64,000 bases of DNA from NCBI GenBank assembly GCA_019114465.1, contig DXFM01000016.1, positions 82-64,081 of the forward strand. The letters are read 5' to 3'. Below, piece by piece: positions 42,011 through 51,923 of the stretch. A program made the translations under genes and the position numbers. The notes under the pieces are model-generated. The model saw only the letters and a list, made by a program, of their open reading frames with translations. It had not been told where the DNA came from and ran no database searches. How positions within the stretch are numbered: the first letter of the stretch is position 1; every line of letters begins with the position of its first letter. This DNA comes from Candidatus Lachnoclostridium avicola. Lineage in GTDB: Bacteria; Bacillota; Clostridia; Lachnospirales; Lachnospiraceae.

Positions 42011-42943
42011 TTAATTAATGCCAAGGCTGGCCGCATAATCGGAATATTCCTGATACCACTCTTTGTAGAGTCCCTCTTCCGTCATCTCATCAATGATCGC
42101 ATTGACCGCGTCACAGAGCTCGGTCTCTCCCTTTTTCATGCCGATTCTGGTTCCCTGGGTGGATTCATCCACGGTAAATCGGAAATCCGGCACCATGCTC
42201 ATCCCACAGTTGGGATTTGCCTCCAGATAAAGCTCCGCAGTAGCTGCCGCCGTCACACAGGCATCCGCCTTATTCTCCTGAACCATGAGAAAACCGTCTG
42301 TAGTTGCGGAAACCAGCTTCAGGTCCTTATAAGCCGGAATCTGTTCCTGGGCAAACAGTTCCTGAAGAGATCCGCTCTGAACCACAACGGTCTTGTCTCC
42401 AAGATCATCGGCGCTCTTAATATCATCCAGATCCTCATTTCTCACCAGGAGTCCGTACCATACAGTCTCTTCATCATAATAATATCCTTTGGAAAGCTCC
42501 ATAGCCTGCGCTCTGGCCGGCGTATAGGCCAGGGCTGAGATTGCCATATCGTACTTTCCCTCAGACACACTGCTCAAAACGGCGGTGAAATCCAGAGGAA
42601 CGATCCTGCACTCCACGCCCAGATGGTCTGCGATATAATGAGCCAGCTCAATGTCCGCGCCCACATACCGGTCATCCCCTGATTTGGAAGGATCGATAAA
42701 TTCATTGGGGGCAAAATACGGTTCTGTGGCCACAGTCATATACCCTCTCTCCTTGATCTCCTCCAGCCGGCTGACTCCTGAATCTTCGGATTCTTCCTCA
42801 GTCTCGCCTGCGGCAAGAGCCAGGACGTCGGCCTCTCCACCCACAGGAGCGTCCACAGTTCCCAGCACGGAACAGCCGTTCAGAACAAAGCTTGCAAGAA
42901 TTGCCGCCAGCCCTAAAGATAATCCAATGCCCTTTTTCCTCAT
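42011..42943 (-). CDS. Amino acid ABC transporter substrate-binding lipoprotein (family 3)
   Basis: Lipobox LNGC; G.DIELA, YDMAISAL..TPAR. Confidence 0.93.
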   Translation of the reverse strand: MRKKGIGLSLGLAAILASFVLNGCSVLGTVDAPVGGEADVLALAAGETEEESEDSGVSRLEEIKERGYMTVATEPYFAPNEFIDPSKSGDDRYVGADIELAHYIADHLGVECRIVPLDFTAVLSSVSEGKYDMAISALAYTPARAQAMELSKGYYYDEETVWYGLLVRNEDLDDIKSADDLGDKTVVVQSGSLQELFAQEQIPAYKDLKLVSATTDGFLMVQENKADACVTAAATAELYLEANPNCGMSMVPDFRFTVDESTQGTRIGMKKGETELCDAVNAIIDEMTEEGLYKEWYQEYSDYAASLGIN

Positions 42944-43000
42944 CTTCCAACCTCCGTCTAACGAATCTCGTCTTTCACTTTAGTCTGCTAATATGGTAGC

Positions 43001-43029
43001 ATTATAAAATATCCAAAGCATTCTGTCAA
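43001..43029 (-). promoter_or_regulatory. Consensus SigA promoter of the SBP-permease-amidohydrolase operon
   Basis: TTGACA-17 bp-TATAAT. Confidence 0.88.
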
Positions 43030-43105
43030 CCGGTTTCTCAGGATTGTTTGTATTTTTTTCCATACACAGCTGTCTGAGCCGACAGAGGCATAATTGTCTT
43101 CAAAC

Positions 43106-43140
43106 AAAAAGCCGGCCTGTGATCTGCTCACAGGCCAGCC
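43106..43140 (-). terminator. Terminator after purH
   Basis: GGCCTGTGA...TCACAGGCC followed by a T run on the minus strand. Confidence 0.75.
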
Positions 43141-43220
43141 GTTTACTGCGCTGAACGCGTTCTTACTTATTTATATAGTTAGTTACATTTTCATTTCGAA
43201 GAATCTACCGTCTTCCTCCA

Positions 43221-44399
43221 TCAGTGATGGAACAGTCGGATTCCCGTGAAGGCCATGGCCATTCCGTACTGGTCGCAGGCGGCGATGACATTGTCGTCCC
43301 GCACCGATCCGCCCGGCTCCGCCACGTATTTCACGCCGCTCTTGTAGGCCCGGTCAATGTTGTCGCCGAAGGGGAAGAAGGCGTCGGAGCCCAGGGCCAC
43401 ATCCTGCATCTGATCCAGCCAGGCCCGCTTCTCCTCCTTTGTGAACACCGGAGGCTTCACCTGAAAGACGCTCTCCCAGCGTCCATCCGCCAGAACGTCC
43501 ATATAGTCCTCTCCGATGTACACGTCGATGGCATTGTCTCTGTCCGCCCGCTTGATGCCGTCCACAAACTGGAGGTTCAGCACCTGGGGTGCCTGGCGGA
43601 GGAACCAGTTGTCCGCCTTCTGGCCTGCCAGTCTGGTGCAGTGGACTCTGGACTGCTGGCCCGCTCCGATACCGATGGCCTGTCCGCCCTTCACGTAGCA
43701 GACGGAGTTGGACTGGGTGTATTTTAAGGTGATCAGGGAGATCATCAGATCCACCTTGGCGGAATCGGGAATCTCCTTATTTTTTGTCACCACATTGGAG
43801 AGCAGATCCCGGTCGATCTTCAGATTGTTTCTGCCCTGCTCAAAGGTGATGCCGAATACCTGCTTTCTCTCCACCGGATCGGGAACATATTCCGGATCCA
43901 TCTGAATCACGTTGTAATTTCCCTTTTTCTTGGATTTTAAGATCTCCAGAGCCTCCGGCTCATATCCCGGGGCAATGACGCCGTCGGACACCTCCCGCTT
44001 GATGATCCTCGCCGTATCCACATCGCAGACATCGGAAAGGGCGATGAAATCGCCGAAGGAGGACATCCGGTCAGCACCTCTTGCTCTGGCGTAAGCGCAG
44101 GCTAAGGGAGAGAGATCTCCCATATCGTCCACCCAGTAGATTTTTCTCAGGGTGTCGTCCAGGGGCAGGCCCACGGCAGCGCCGGCCGGGGACACGTGCT
44201 TAAAGGAAGTGGCGGCGGGAAGGCCGGTAGCATCCTTCAATTCTTTTACCAGCTGCCAGCCGTTGAAGGCGTCCAGGAAATTGATGTATCCCGGTTTTCC
44301 GCAGAGCACCTGGATGGGAAGCTCCCGGTCTCCCTCCATGTAGATCCTGGAAGGCTTCTGATTGGGGTTGCAGCCATACTTCAGTTCTAATTCTTTCAT
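43221..44399 (-). CDS. purH: Stand-alone AICAR formyltransferase (PurH C-terminal domain type)
   Basis: [35 protein letters not shown]; lacks the IMPCH domain. Confidence 0.9.
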   Translation of the reverse strand: MKELELKYGCNPNQKPSRIYMEGDRELPIQVLCGKPGYINFLDAFNGWQLVKELKDATGLPAATSFKHVSPAGAAVGLPLDDTLRKIYWVDDMGDLSPLACAYARARGADRMSSFGDFIALSDVCDVDTARIIKREVSDGVIAPGYEPEALEILKSKKKGNYNVIQMDPEYVPDPVERKQVFGITFEQGRNNLKIDRDLLSNVVTKNKEIPDSAKVDLMISLITLKYTQSNSVCYVKGGQAIGIGAGQQSRVHCTRLAGQKADNWFLRQAPQVLNLQFVDGIKRADRDNAIDVYIGEDYMDVLADGRWESVFQVKPPVFTKEEKRAWLDQMQDVALGSDAFFPFGDNIDRAYKSGVKYVAEPGGSVRDDNVIAACDQYGMAMAFTGIRLFHH

Positions 44400-44411
44400 C
44401 GCAGTCTCTCC

Positions 44412-45125
44412 TTACTGATTTTTATTTACAATTCTTGTTTCCCAGGTTCCTGCGGCGATATCAATGTACCGTACAAACAGGGATACCTTGTTGTCCTCAT
44501 TTAAACTGTTCCATAAAAGCTCCGTGAAATCATCAATGCTGTCCGGAATCTCCACCCGTTTCGGCTCTCCCTCGAAACTGGGAAGGGGATCTCCGTCGTG
44601 CATGTAGGTGTGGATGAACCGTCCCTCTCCGCACAGAGGCTTCTCGTAGGCGTAGGTGAAACGGCAGCAGCTGGCCGGATCTCCGTTATTGCTCTTTAAG
44701 ATGGACATGGCAAAATTGTAGGATCCGTTCTCGATATGAAGGATGCCGGAGATCCTGGGGGTATAGTTGGGGCCGTCCGGCTCAAACTCCCGGCTCCTTA
44801 AAGACTGTTCAAAGGTGAGCTGCCGGTCCATTCCCTCATAGATAGTGTCTGTCTGGTCTCCGTTGGTGACAATGGTCTTATTTCCCAGCACCCGCACCGG
44901 AGCATAGATGATCAGGCTGGGATCTGTCAGCTTCGCCGGGTCAAAGGCCTGGGTGCGGATCCCATCTCCGTCCTCCACAAACACCCGGTTGCGGCTGTTT
45001 TCGCTTCTTCCCATGATGAAATAGGCGGCCACCGCCTTCGTCCCGTCGGGAGTCTTTCCTATTACAATTCCTCTCCCGGGATAGGCGTTGGATTTCAGCT
45101 CCTGCTCCATTGATACGATCTTCAT
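44412..45125 (-). CDS. PurO-like IMP cyclohydrolase (Ntn fold)
   Basis: YPGRGI, GRSENSRNR, VTNGDQTD, EPD.PNYTPRISG. Confidence 0.85.
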   Translation of the reverse strand: MKIVSMEQELKSNAYPGRGIVIGKTPDGTKAVAAYFIMGRSENSRNRVFVEDGDGIRTQAFDPAKLTDPSLIIYAPVRVLGNKTIVTNGDQTDTIYEGMDRQLTFEQSLRSREFEPDGPNYTPRISGILHIENGSYNFAMSILKSNNGDPASCCRFTYAYEKPLCGEGRFIHTYMHDGDPLPSFEGEPKRVEIPDSIDDFTELLWNSLNEDNKVSLFVRYIDIAAGTWETRIVNKNQ

Positions 45126-45213
45126 ATTCTTCCTCCTTGTCTCTTCTCGCGCCGGCGTCTTCTGATTACTCCGGCCGGCGTTTCCTCCGGCAGTCCGCCG
45201 GTTTTCTCCCAAC

Positions 45214-45245
45214 AGAAAAACCGCCTGAACAGCCTGCGGTTTTTC
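45214..45245 (-). terminator. ZTP riboswitch expression-platform terminator
   Basis: AAAAACCGC...GCGGTTTTT. Confidence 0.65.
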
Positions 45246-45250
45246 CGTAA

Positions 45251-45323
45251 GCTGCCCAGACGGTCGACATATCTGCTTCCACGTGCTCCCTGTGGTTCAC
45301 CCACTGTCCGTCAGTTGCACGTC
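45251..45323 (-). ncRNA. ZMP/ZTP (pfl) riboswitch
   Basis: ACGTGCAACTGACGG..GTGG...CCACAGGGAGCACGT...CCGTCTGGGCA upstream of purO/purH. Confidence 0.92.
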
Positions 45324-45409
45324 CTGATTTCATATTAGCCGATGAATTTAAAAATTGCAAGTATTTTCTTTGAAACATGGGATCTCTCCGGCGCTCTGCC
45401 CGGATCATC

Positions 45410-46783
45410 CTACTCGTTCCGGATGGCCGCCAGGGGCGAGAGCTTCATGGCCCGCACCGCCGGGAAGAATCCGGCCGCCATGCCCACCACCACGGCAAAC
45501 ACCAGGGCGGAGGCCGCCAGCCACAGAGGGATCCTGGAAATATCTCCGTCCATGCCGCCCATCATCAGCTGGCTCACTGCCGGCAGATGGTTCATGAGAT
45601 AGGACAGGCCGTAGCTCAGCACCAGACCGGCCACCCCGCCCATCAGGCCGATAAACCCGGATTCCATGAGAAACATATTCCGGATATCTCCCATATCGCA
45701 GCCCAGCACTTTCATCACGCCGATTTCCTTCGTCCGCTCATAGATGGACATCATCATGGTGTTGGCGATGCCGATGGCCGCCACGAACAGAGAAACGGCT
45801 CCGATGCCTCCCAGCACCATCTGGGTCATCTGGGACTGCTTCTGGTTCTGCTCCAGCCACTCCGAGTTGCTGCTGGCCTGGAAACCCATGTCGCTGATAG
45901 CTGCCTGAACCTCCTTCACGTGGTCCATGTCGTCCACGTAGACTTCCGCGTTGCTGTAGATAAAGTAATTGTAAGGCTTGCCCTTCCGGTTGGTGGGCTG
46001 CCCGGGAATGGGATTTTTCTTAAACACCTGTCTCAGCTGGGTTTTCAGCGCCTCCAGGTCTGTGTACACTCCCCAGGAATACTGATTGTAATCATCCGTT
46101 CCGCCGGCCACAATGCCGGACACGGGAACCAGATATTTCTTCGGCGGCTTCACTGTGGCAGTCCCGTCAGAACCCCCGCCGGAGGTACCGCTGTACATGG
46201 ACTGATAATAGGCATCCGTGTCATAGATCACAAACAGAGGCTGGCCCAGAAGATCCACGTCGGGGAGTTCCCCCGTCTCGTAGTAGCTGCTTCCCTGTCT
46301 CCCCGTGGAGAAGTCCTGGATCACCATGTTTCCGAACAGCAGCTCCACCTGGCTGCCGTCCATCTTCGGATAAGTGCCCTCCCCCACAGTGATCTGCTTC
46401 ATGTAATCCTCTGTGACTCCCATGAGGCTCACATAAGTGGCCGTGTACTGCCCCTGGCGCAGGATCACATTTACATTGAGAATGGGGGATACTCCCTCCA
46501 CATGGTCCATCCGCCGGATCTGCTCAATGGTGTCATCCGTCATATAGATGGGATCCGCCCCGCCCTGAGGCTGGGAGTAGGTGTCGCAGTACACATTGAT
46601 GGCAGTCATGCTGCCGTAGGACTCCATCAGCTCCATCTGCATCTCGCTCATGCCGATTCCCAGGGAAACCATCACCACGATGGAGGCAGTACCCACGATC
46701 ACTCCCAGCACCGTCAGGGCGGTCCGCAGCTTTCTCCGCCTCAGGTTATTGATGCTCATGGCCAGAAGGTCAGGAAATCTCAT
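45410..46783 (-). CDS. MacB/FtsX-family ABC transporter permease
   Basis: RTALTVLGVIVG, ERTKEIGVMKVLG, FFPAVRA. Confidence 0.93.
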   Translation of the reverse strand: MRFPDLLAMSINNLRRRKLRTALTVLGVIVGTASIVVMVSLGIGMSEMQMELMESYGSMTAINVYCDTYSQPQGGADPIYMTDDTIEQIRRMDHVEGVSPILNVNVILRQGQYTATYVSLMGVTEDYMKQITVGEGTYPKMDGSQVELLFGNMVIQDFSTGRQGSSYYETGELPDVDLLGQPLFVIYDTDAYYQSMYSGTSGGGSDGTATVKPPKKYLVPVSGIVAGGTDDYNQYSWGVYTDLEALKTQLRQVFKKNPIPGQPTNRKGKPYNYFIYSNAEVYVDDMDHVKEVQAAISDMGFQASSNSEWLEQNQKQSQMTQMVLGGIGAVSLFVAAIGIANTMMMSIYERTKEIGVMKVLGCDMGDIRNMFLMESGFIGLMGGVAGLVLSYGLSYLMNHLPAVSQLMMGGMDGDISRIPLWLAASALVFAVVVGMAAGFFPAVRAMKLSPLAAIRNE

Positions 46784-48605
46784 CGTCTATCGCCTCTTCC
46801 TCCGCCTGCTGCTGTTTCTTTTTCTTGTGCTTCCGGTATGCGGTCAGGCCTCCGCCGCCTCCGATGATCAGAACGGCTGCCAGGAGGATTCCCGTCTTAT
46901 GGCGGGAGAAAAATCCCTGGTCCGTCTCCACATCCGTCATATTGCCCACGTCCATATCCCCGTAATCCATGGGGATATCCTCGGTGACGAACAGGGTCAT
47001 TTCCTTCTCCAGAGTGGAGACCTCCCCGTTCTCGTCCTCGTAGGACACAGTGATCTGAATCTTTCCGTCGTCCATGGTGGGAGCCGCTCCCCGGACCATG
47101 GCATCCACGTTGCCCGTCTGCCCCGGCTCAATATTGCCCACATAGGAATCGGAAGGCACGATGGAATCTCCCGCAAAGCTGGCGGTCACGTTGTAGAGAG
47201 TCACCTTGCCTGTGTTGTTCACCGGGAACATGACGTTGGTCTCTCCCCCCACGGTGATGCTGTCCGGCATTACATCAATGGTGCCGACGCTGAGCCTGGG
47301 AATCTGCTTCACCGGGATGTCGATCACCACCTTGTTGTTGGCGTTTTTATACTCGGGGCTGTCATAGGTCTCGTTGATGGTCAAGGAGTAGGATCTCTGT
47401 TCCACTCCTGCCCGGGACTTCATCTTCACCCGCAGTTCCGTCACCTCCCCTGCCCCCAGGGAATTGACGGTGTAGGAGGAGGAACCGGTCTCCGTGGTGA
47501 ACACGGCGCTGTCGTCCGCTTTCTCCGACTCCAGGGAGAACAGGATGTTGCTGGCCGGAATGCCGGCGGAGGCGTTTTTCATCCGCAGCACCAGTTCAAA
47601 CTCATTCCCGGCCACGATTTCCGCCGGTATGGTTTCAAAGCTGTCCACAATAATTCTGGCCTGAGTACGGTCATTCTCATTGAACTCGCCCAGCTCGTCC
47701 TCTTCCTCCTTGTTGTGGATCCGCACGTAAAACGTCCGCTCAATCTGCAGATACTCTCCCGTGTGGGTGGAATTGTCCCGGTATTTAATGGTAGCTTTGA
47801 TGGGATAATATCCGCTGTAGGTATCTTCCCGGATGGCCATGCTGTAATTTAAAGCCACCGTCTCTTCCGGCTCCACCTTCTCGAACCGCCGGTCGTAGTT
47901 GGCATCGTTGATCTCAAAGGGATACTTGGTATCGTCCTCACTCATCTCCAGAGTGACCACCACGTCATAGGCGGTAAAATTGCTGGCATTCCGCATATTC
48001 ACATCAAAATTCATCACATTGGGGTAGGTGCCGTCGGGAGTATTCTGTCCCTCTCCCAGGACCATGTCCAGATCTCCCGTCTCCTCGTCGTCGTCCTCAT
48101 CCTCGCTGGTGGCCACGCTGACCCAGATATTCACGTACTCGTCCACCATGTCGAAATTGTCTCCGAAGGCCCTCACGGGAAAGCAGTAATAGCCCTCCTT
48201 AATGTCCCGGCGCACTCTGGCGGACAGGGTGACATTCTTGGATTTTCCCGCCTTCACCGTGCCCAGCTTCTTCATGTTCGCCTCATCAAACATTCCCATG
48301 GTGATCTCAAAGGGAAACTGGAAGTTGGACTCCAGGGTCTCGCTGTCATCCAGAAAATCCACGTCGTAGTTGGAAAAGCCCACCTTCACGTTTTCCAGGT
48401 CATAGTCGCTGGTGTTGGTAAATTTGAAGGTGATATTGGCCACACGCCCCGTTTTGGTGGCAGTGATCTTCTCCACAGAGATAAATTCGTTGTCGTTCAT
48501 ATTTTTATAAGCCGCCCAGACCTCAGACTCCCCCGGTACGGGCATAGCTGCCGCCGCCGTTGCCGCTGCCAGAAGTCCAAACAGCAGACGCTTCCACTTT
48601 TTCAC
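46770..48605 (-). CDS. Secreted, C-terminally membrane-anchored Ig-like repeat protein (COG1361/CARDB-like)
   Basis: Signal peptide, acidic beta-rich repeats (NTGK...NV, YVGNIEPG), C-terminal TM plus polybasic tail. Confidence 0.8.
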   Translation of the reverse strand: MKKWKRLLFGLLAAATAAAAMPVPGESEVWAAYKNMNDNEFISVEKITATKTGRVANITFKFTNTSDYDLENVKVGFSNYDVDFLDDSETLESNFQFPFEITMGMFDEANMKKLGTVKAGKSKNVTLSARVRRDIKEGYYCFPVRAFGDNFDMVDEYVNIWVSVATSEDEDDDEETGDLDMVLGEGQNTPDGTYPNVMNFDVNMRNASNFTAYDVVVTLEMSEDDTKYPFEINDANYDRRFEKVEPEETVALNYSMAIREDTYSGYYPIKATIKYRDNSTHTGEYLQIERTFYVRIHNKEEEDELGEFNENDRTQARIIVDSFETIPAEIVAGNEFELVLRMKNASAGIPASNILFSLESEKADDSAVFTTETGSSSYTVNSLGAGEVTELRVKMKSRAGVEQRSYSLTINETYDSPEYKNANNKVVIDIPVKQIPRLSVGTIDVMPDSITVGGETNVMFPVNNTGKVTLYNVTASFAGDSIVPSDSYVGNIEPGQTGNVDAMVRGAAPTMDDGKIQITVSYEDENGEVSTLEKEMTLFVTEDIPMDYGDMDVGNMTDVETDQGFFSRHKTGILLAAVLIIGGGGGLTAYRKHKKKKQQQAEEEAIDDEIS

Positions 48606-49342
48606 TTCAGTTCCTCCTCATCTTCATGGTGCTGTTCCTCAATCTTCAGTATTTTTCCGTCCACAATGTGGATCTGCTTGTCCGCAAAGCCGGCCAGATG
48701 ATTGTCATGGGTGACCATGATCAGCGTCTGTTTCCGCTCCTTCACGATCCTTCTCATCAGCCGCAGCACGTCCATGGTCGTCTTGGAATCCAGGTTTCCC
48801 GTGGGCTCATCCGCGAATATGATCCTGGGATCCACCACCAGAGCCCTGGCGATGCCCACCCTCTGCTGCTGTCCTCCCGACATCTCATTGGCCATGTGGT
48901 CCATCTGCTTTTCCAGACCCACCAGCTTTAAATATTTTTTTGCCTTCTCCGTGCGGATTTTCTTGGGCACTCCGCGGAATGTGAGAGGCATGGCCACGTT
49001 CTCCACCGCGTTCATGGTCTTGATCAGATTGTAGGACTGGAAAATAAACCCCACATTCTGCCGCCGGAACGTAACCAGCTGTTTTTCCGTCATCTTCTCA
49101 ATATGGGTGCCGGCTATGATGATCTCTCCCTTCGACGGTTTCTCCAGACCTGCCATCATATTGAGCAGGGTGGATTTTCCCGATCCGGAGGGGCCCACCA
49201 CCGCGCAGAACTCTCCCTTGTTGAGTGAAAAGCTGACGCCGTTTAAGGCAAACACCTTCGTCTCACCCACCTGATAGACCTTATATAGGTTTTTTACCTG
49301 AATAATGGGGGATTCCCCCTTTTTTTCTGTCATTTCCGCCAC
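48602..49342 (-). CDS. ABC transporter ATP-binding protein (LolD/MacB type)
   Basis: GPSGSGKS, MSGGQQQR, ADEPTGNLD. Confidence 0.96.
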   Translation of the reverse strand: MAEMTEKKGESPIIQVKNLYKVYQVGETKVFALNGVSFSLNKGEFCAVVGPSGSGKSTLLNMMAGLEKPSKGEIIIAGTHIEKMTEKQLVTFRRQNVGFIFQSYNLIKTMNAVENVAMPLTFRGVPKKIRTEKAKKYLKLVGLEKQMDHMANEMSGGQQQRVGIARALVVDPRIIFADEPTGNLDSKTTMDVLRLMRRIVKERKQTLIMVTHDNHLAGFADKQIHIVDGKILKIEEQHHEDEEELK

Positions 49343-49493
49343 GTTTCCTACCTCCCGCGTACTCTTATCATACTATGAAACAGGGGAAATGTCTTTAATA
49401 ATTTCTGGAAAAATGTTTACTATTTTTTAAAAAAGTACTGGCATTCTGCCACAGGCTGAGTTATAATGGAAAAAATTTCAGGAGGTTTTCACA

Positions 49494-49541
49494 GTGCTAA
49501 GATCAGCGTTACGTTTTAAATTTCGTATCAGCCATACATAG
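49494..49541 (+). CDS. Putative pyrBI leader peptide (15 aa, MLRSALRFKFRISHT)
   Basis: AGGAGG at 49480-49485, GTG start, TAG two bases before the terminator stem. Confidence 0.6.
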   Translation: MLRSALRFKFRISHT

Positions 49542-49543
49542 AC

Positions 49544-49611
49544 AGCCATCACAATCCATTGATTGATTTCATATTTCATGAATTCTTCAGTGGGTGTGGT
49601 GGTTTTTTTTT
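49544..49611 (+). terminator. Attenuator terminator upstream of pyrB
   Basis: AGCCATCACAATCCATTGA...TCAGTGGGTGTGGTGGTT ending in T9. Confidence 0.75.
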
Positions 49612-49649
49612 GGAACGGCGAAAACCCTGAACACAAAAAGGAGGAACTT

Positions 49650-50573
49650 ATGAGACATCTACTGAATCCGCTGGACTTCTCCGTGGAAGAGACGGAACAA
49701 CTTCTGGACCTGGCCGGCGACATCGAACACAATCTTCCCAAATACGCTCACGTCTGCGACGGCAAAAAACTGGCCACCCTGTTTTACGAGCCCAGCACCA
49801 GAACGAGGCTGAGCTTTGAAGCTGCCATGCTGAACCTGGGCGGAAGCGTGCTGGGATTTGCCTCCGCTGACTCCAGCTCCGCCGCAAAGGGAGAGAGCGT
49901 GGCGGACACCATCCGCATCATCTCCTGCTACGCAGACATCTGCGCCATGCGGCATCCCAAAGAAGGCGCTCCCCTGGTGGCTTCCCAGTTCTCCTCCATC
50001 CCGGTGATCAACGCCGGCGACGGCGGCCACCAGCATCCCACCCAGACCCTGACCGACCTGCTCACCATCCGCTCTCTCACCGGACGGCTGAACAATCTGA
50101 CCGTAGGCCTGTGCGGGGATTTGAAATTCGGGCGCACCGTCCACTCTCTCATTGAGGCCCTGGTTCGCTACACCGGCATCCGCTTTGTGCTCATCTCCCC
50201 CCAGGAACTGCGGATTCCCGACTACATCCGCACGGACGTGCTGGACAAAAAGGGCGTGGAATACCGGGAGGTGGACAACCTGGACGAGGCCATGCCGGAG
50301 CTGGACATCCTCTACATGACCAGGGTGCAGAAGGAGCGTTTCTTCAATGAGGAGGACTACATCCGCCTGAAGGATTCCTACATTCTGGACAATAAGAAAA
50401 TGGAACTGGCAAAAGAGACCATGTACGTACTCCATCCCCTTCCCAGAGTCAACGAGATCTCTGTGGAGGTGGACAAAGACCCCAGGGCTGCCTACTTCAA
50501 GCAGGCCCAGTACGGCGTGTACGTGCGCATGGCCCTGATCATGACTTTACTGGAGGTGGAAAAACCATGTTAA
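49650..50573 (+). CDS. pyrB: Aspartate carbamoyltransferase catalytic subunit
   Basis: [29 protein letters not shown]. Confidence 0.98.
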   Translation: MRHLLNPLDFSVEETEQLLDLAGDIEHNLPKYAHVCDGKKLATLFYEPSTRTRLSFEAAMLNLGGSVLGFASADSSSAAKGESVADTIRIISCYADICAMRHPKEGAPLVASQFSSIPVINAGDGGHQHPTQTLTDLLTIRSLTGRLNNLTVGLCGDLKFGRTVHSLIEALVRYTGIRFVLISPQELRIPDYIRTDVLDKKGVEYREVDNLDEAMPELDILYMTRVQKERFFNEEDYIRLKDSYILDNKKMELAKETMYVLHPLPRVNEISVEVDKDPRAAYFKQAQYGVYVRMALIMTLLEVEKPC

Positions 50574-50992
50574 ACATCAGCGGAATCACAGACGGCATCG
50601 TGCTGGACCACATCAAAGCGGGCAGAAGCCTGGATATCTACTATCATCTGGGGCTGGATAAGCTGGACTGCGAGGTGGCCATTATCAAGAACGCCAGAAG
50701 CAATAAGATGGGACGGAAAGACATCATCAAGATCGCCGGCAATCTGGAGAATCTGGACCTGGACGTGCTGGGCTACATCGACCACAACATCACCGTCAAT
50801 ATCATCAAAAACGGATCCATTTCGGAGAAAAAGACTCTGAAGCTCCCCAAAACCATCACCAACGTGATTCACTGCAAGAACCCCAGGTGCATCACCTCCG
50901 TGGAGCAGGAGCTCCCCCACATCTTCAAACTGGCAGACGAAAAGACAAAAACTTACCGCTGCCTGTACTGTGAGGAAAAATACAGCAGATAA
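50567..50992 (+). CDS. pyrI: Aspartate carbamoyltransferase regulatory subunit
   Basis: [32 protein letters not shown] zinc site. Confidence 0.96.
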   Translation: MLNISGITDGIVLDHIKAGRSLDIYYHLGLDKLDCEVAIIKNARSNKMGRKDIIKIAGNLENLDLDVLGYIDHNITVNIIKNGSISEKKTLKLPKTITNVIHCKNPRCITSVEQELPHIFKLADEKTKTYRCLYCEEKYSR

Positions 50993-51020
50993 AATCGAAA
51001 GCCGTTTCCGGTACATGCAG

Positions 51021-51064
51021 GAAGGGCGGGATTTCCCTTTTTGGGATCTCCCGCCCTCCTTTTA
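51021..51064. terminator. Terminator between convergent pyrI and patatin genes
   Basis: AGGGCGGGA...TCCCGCCCT plus T run. Confidence 0.75.
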
Positions 51065-51065
51065 T

Positions 51066-51917
51066 TTATCTGCCCAGATATTCTTCCAGATCTTTCATCC
51101 GGCTGCGGCAGTCCTCTTCTCCCAGATGATACATTTCCAGGAGTTTCTCTTTTCTCTTTTCAATCCGGCTCAGATGAATGGTCCTGGATGGGCGGATCAC
51201 AAAGATCTCTCCCCGCTTTTCTAAGTCGGCCACCAGCTGTACCTGGCGGTTGTAGTTTTCATACCGGTTTAAAATCTGTTCCGTCAGCTGCGCAAAATTC
51301 TGGTACCGTCTCCGGATGGCTTTCTCCGCCGCGGCCTGATACGGTTTTTTCCGGTATTCCAATGGCCTGGTGAGAACCACCACCACCCGGTCGCAGCCCA
51401 TCTCCAGACACTTCTCTACCGGAATGCTGTCGGCGATGCCCCCGTCCAGATAGTACTGATCCCCGTATTTCACCATCTTCGACACCAGAGGCATGGCCGA
51501 TGTGGCCCGGAGCGCCTCCATCTGATCAAAGACGCTGTCAATTTTTAAATATTCCGCTTCCCCGGTGCGCACGTTGGTGGCCACCGCGTAGAAATCCCCT
51601 CCATGGCGTTTAAACGCCTCGTCGTCGAATACGTCCAGCTTCATGGGAACTTCATAGTAGGCGAACTCCCGCCCCACAATGTTCCCGGTGGTAATCAGGG
51701 ATCGGAGCCCCATGTAATGGCAGTCCTTCGCGTACTTCAGATTGTAGCGGATCGCCCGCCCCTGCTGCCCGGAAAAGTAGTTGACTCCAAACAGGGCGCC
51801 GGCGGACACCCCGAAAATTCCGTCCGCCGGGATCTCCTTATCCATCATCACATCCAGAACCCCGGCGGTATACATTCCTCTCATGCCGCCGCCTTCCAAC
51901 ACCAGACCTGTCTTCAT
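51066..51917 (-). CDS. Patatin-like phospholipase (DUF6363 type)
   Basis: EGGGMRG, GVSAG, DGG. Confidence 0.93.
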   Translation of the reverse strand: MKTGLVLEGGGMRGMYTAGVLDVMMDKEIPADGIFGVSAGALFGVNYFSGQQGRAIRYNLKYAKDCHYMGLRSLITTGNIVGREFAYYEVPMKLDVFDDEAFKRHGGDFYAVATNVRTGEAEYLKIDSVFDQMEALRATSAMPLVSKMVKYGDQYYLDGGIADSIPVEKCLEMGCDRVVVVLTRPLEYRKKPYQAAAEKAIRRRYQNFAQLTEQILNRYENYNRQVQLVADLEKRGEIFVIRPSRTIHLSRIEKRKEKLLEMYHLGEEDCRSRMKDLEEYLGR

Positions 51918-51923
51918 GCTCTC

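Noticed and set aside
45377-47852. 496-aa and 400-aa plus-strand ORFs
   Set aside because: Antisense shadows of the ABC permease and surface protein
49480-49611. PyrR-binding attenuator upstream of pyrB
   Set aside because: No AGUCCAGAGAGGCU-like binding loop; the leader-peptide model fits better
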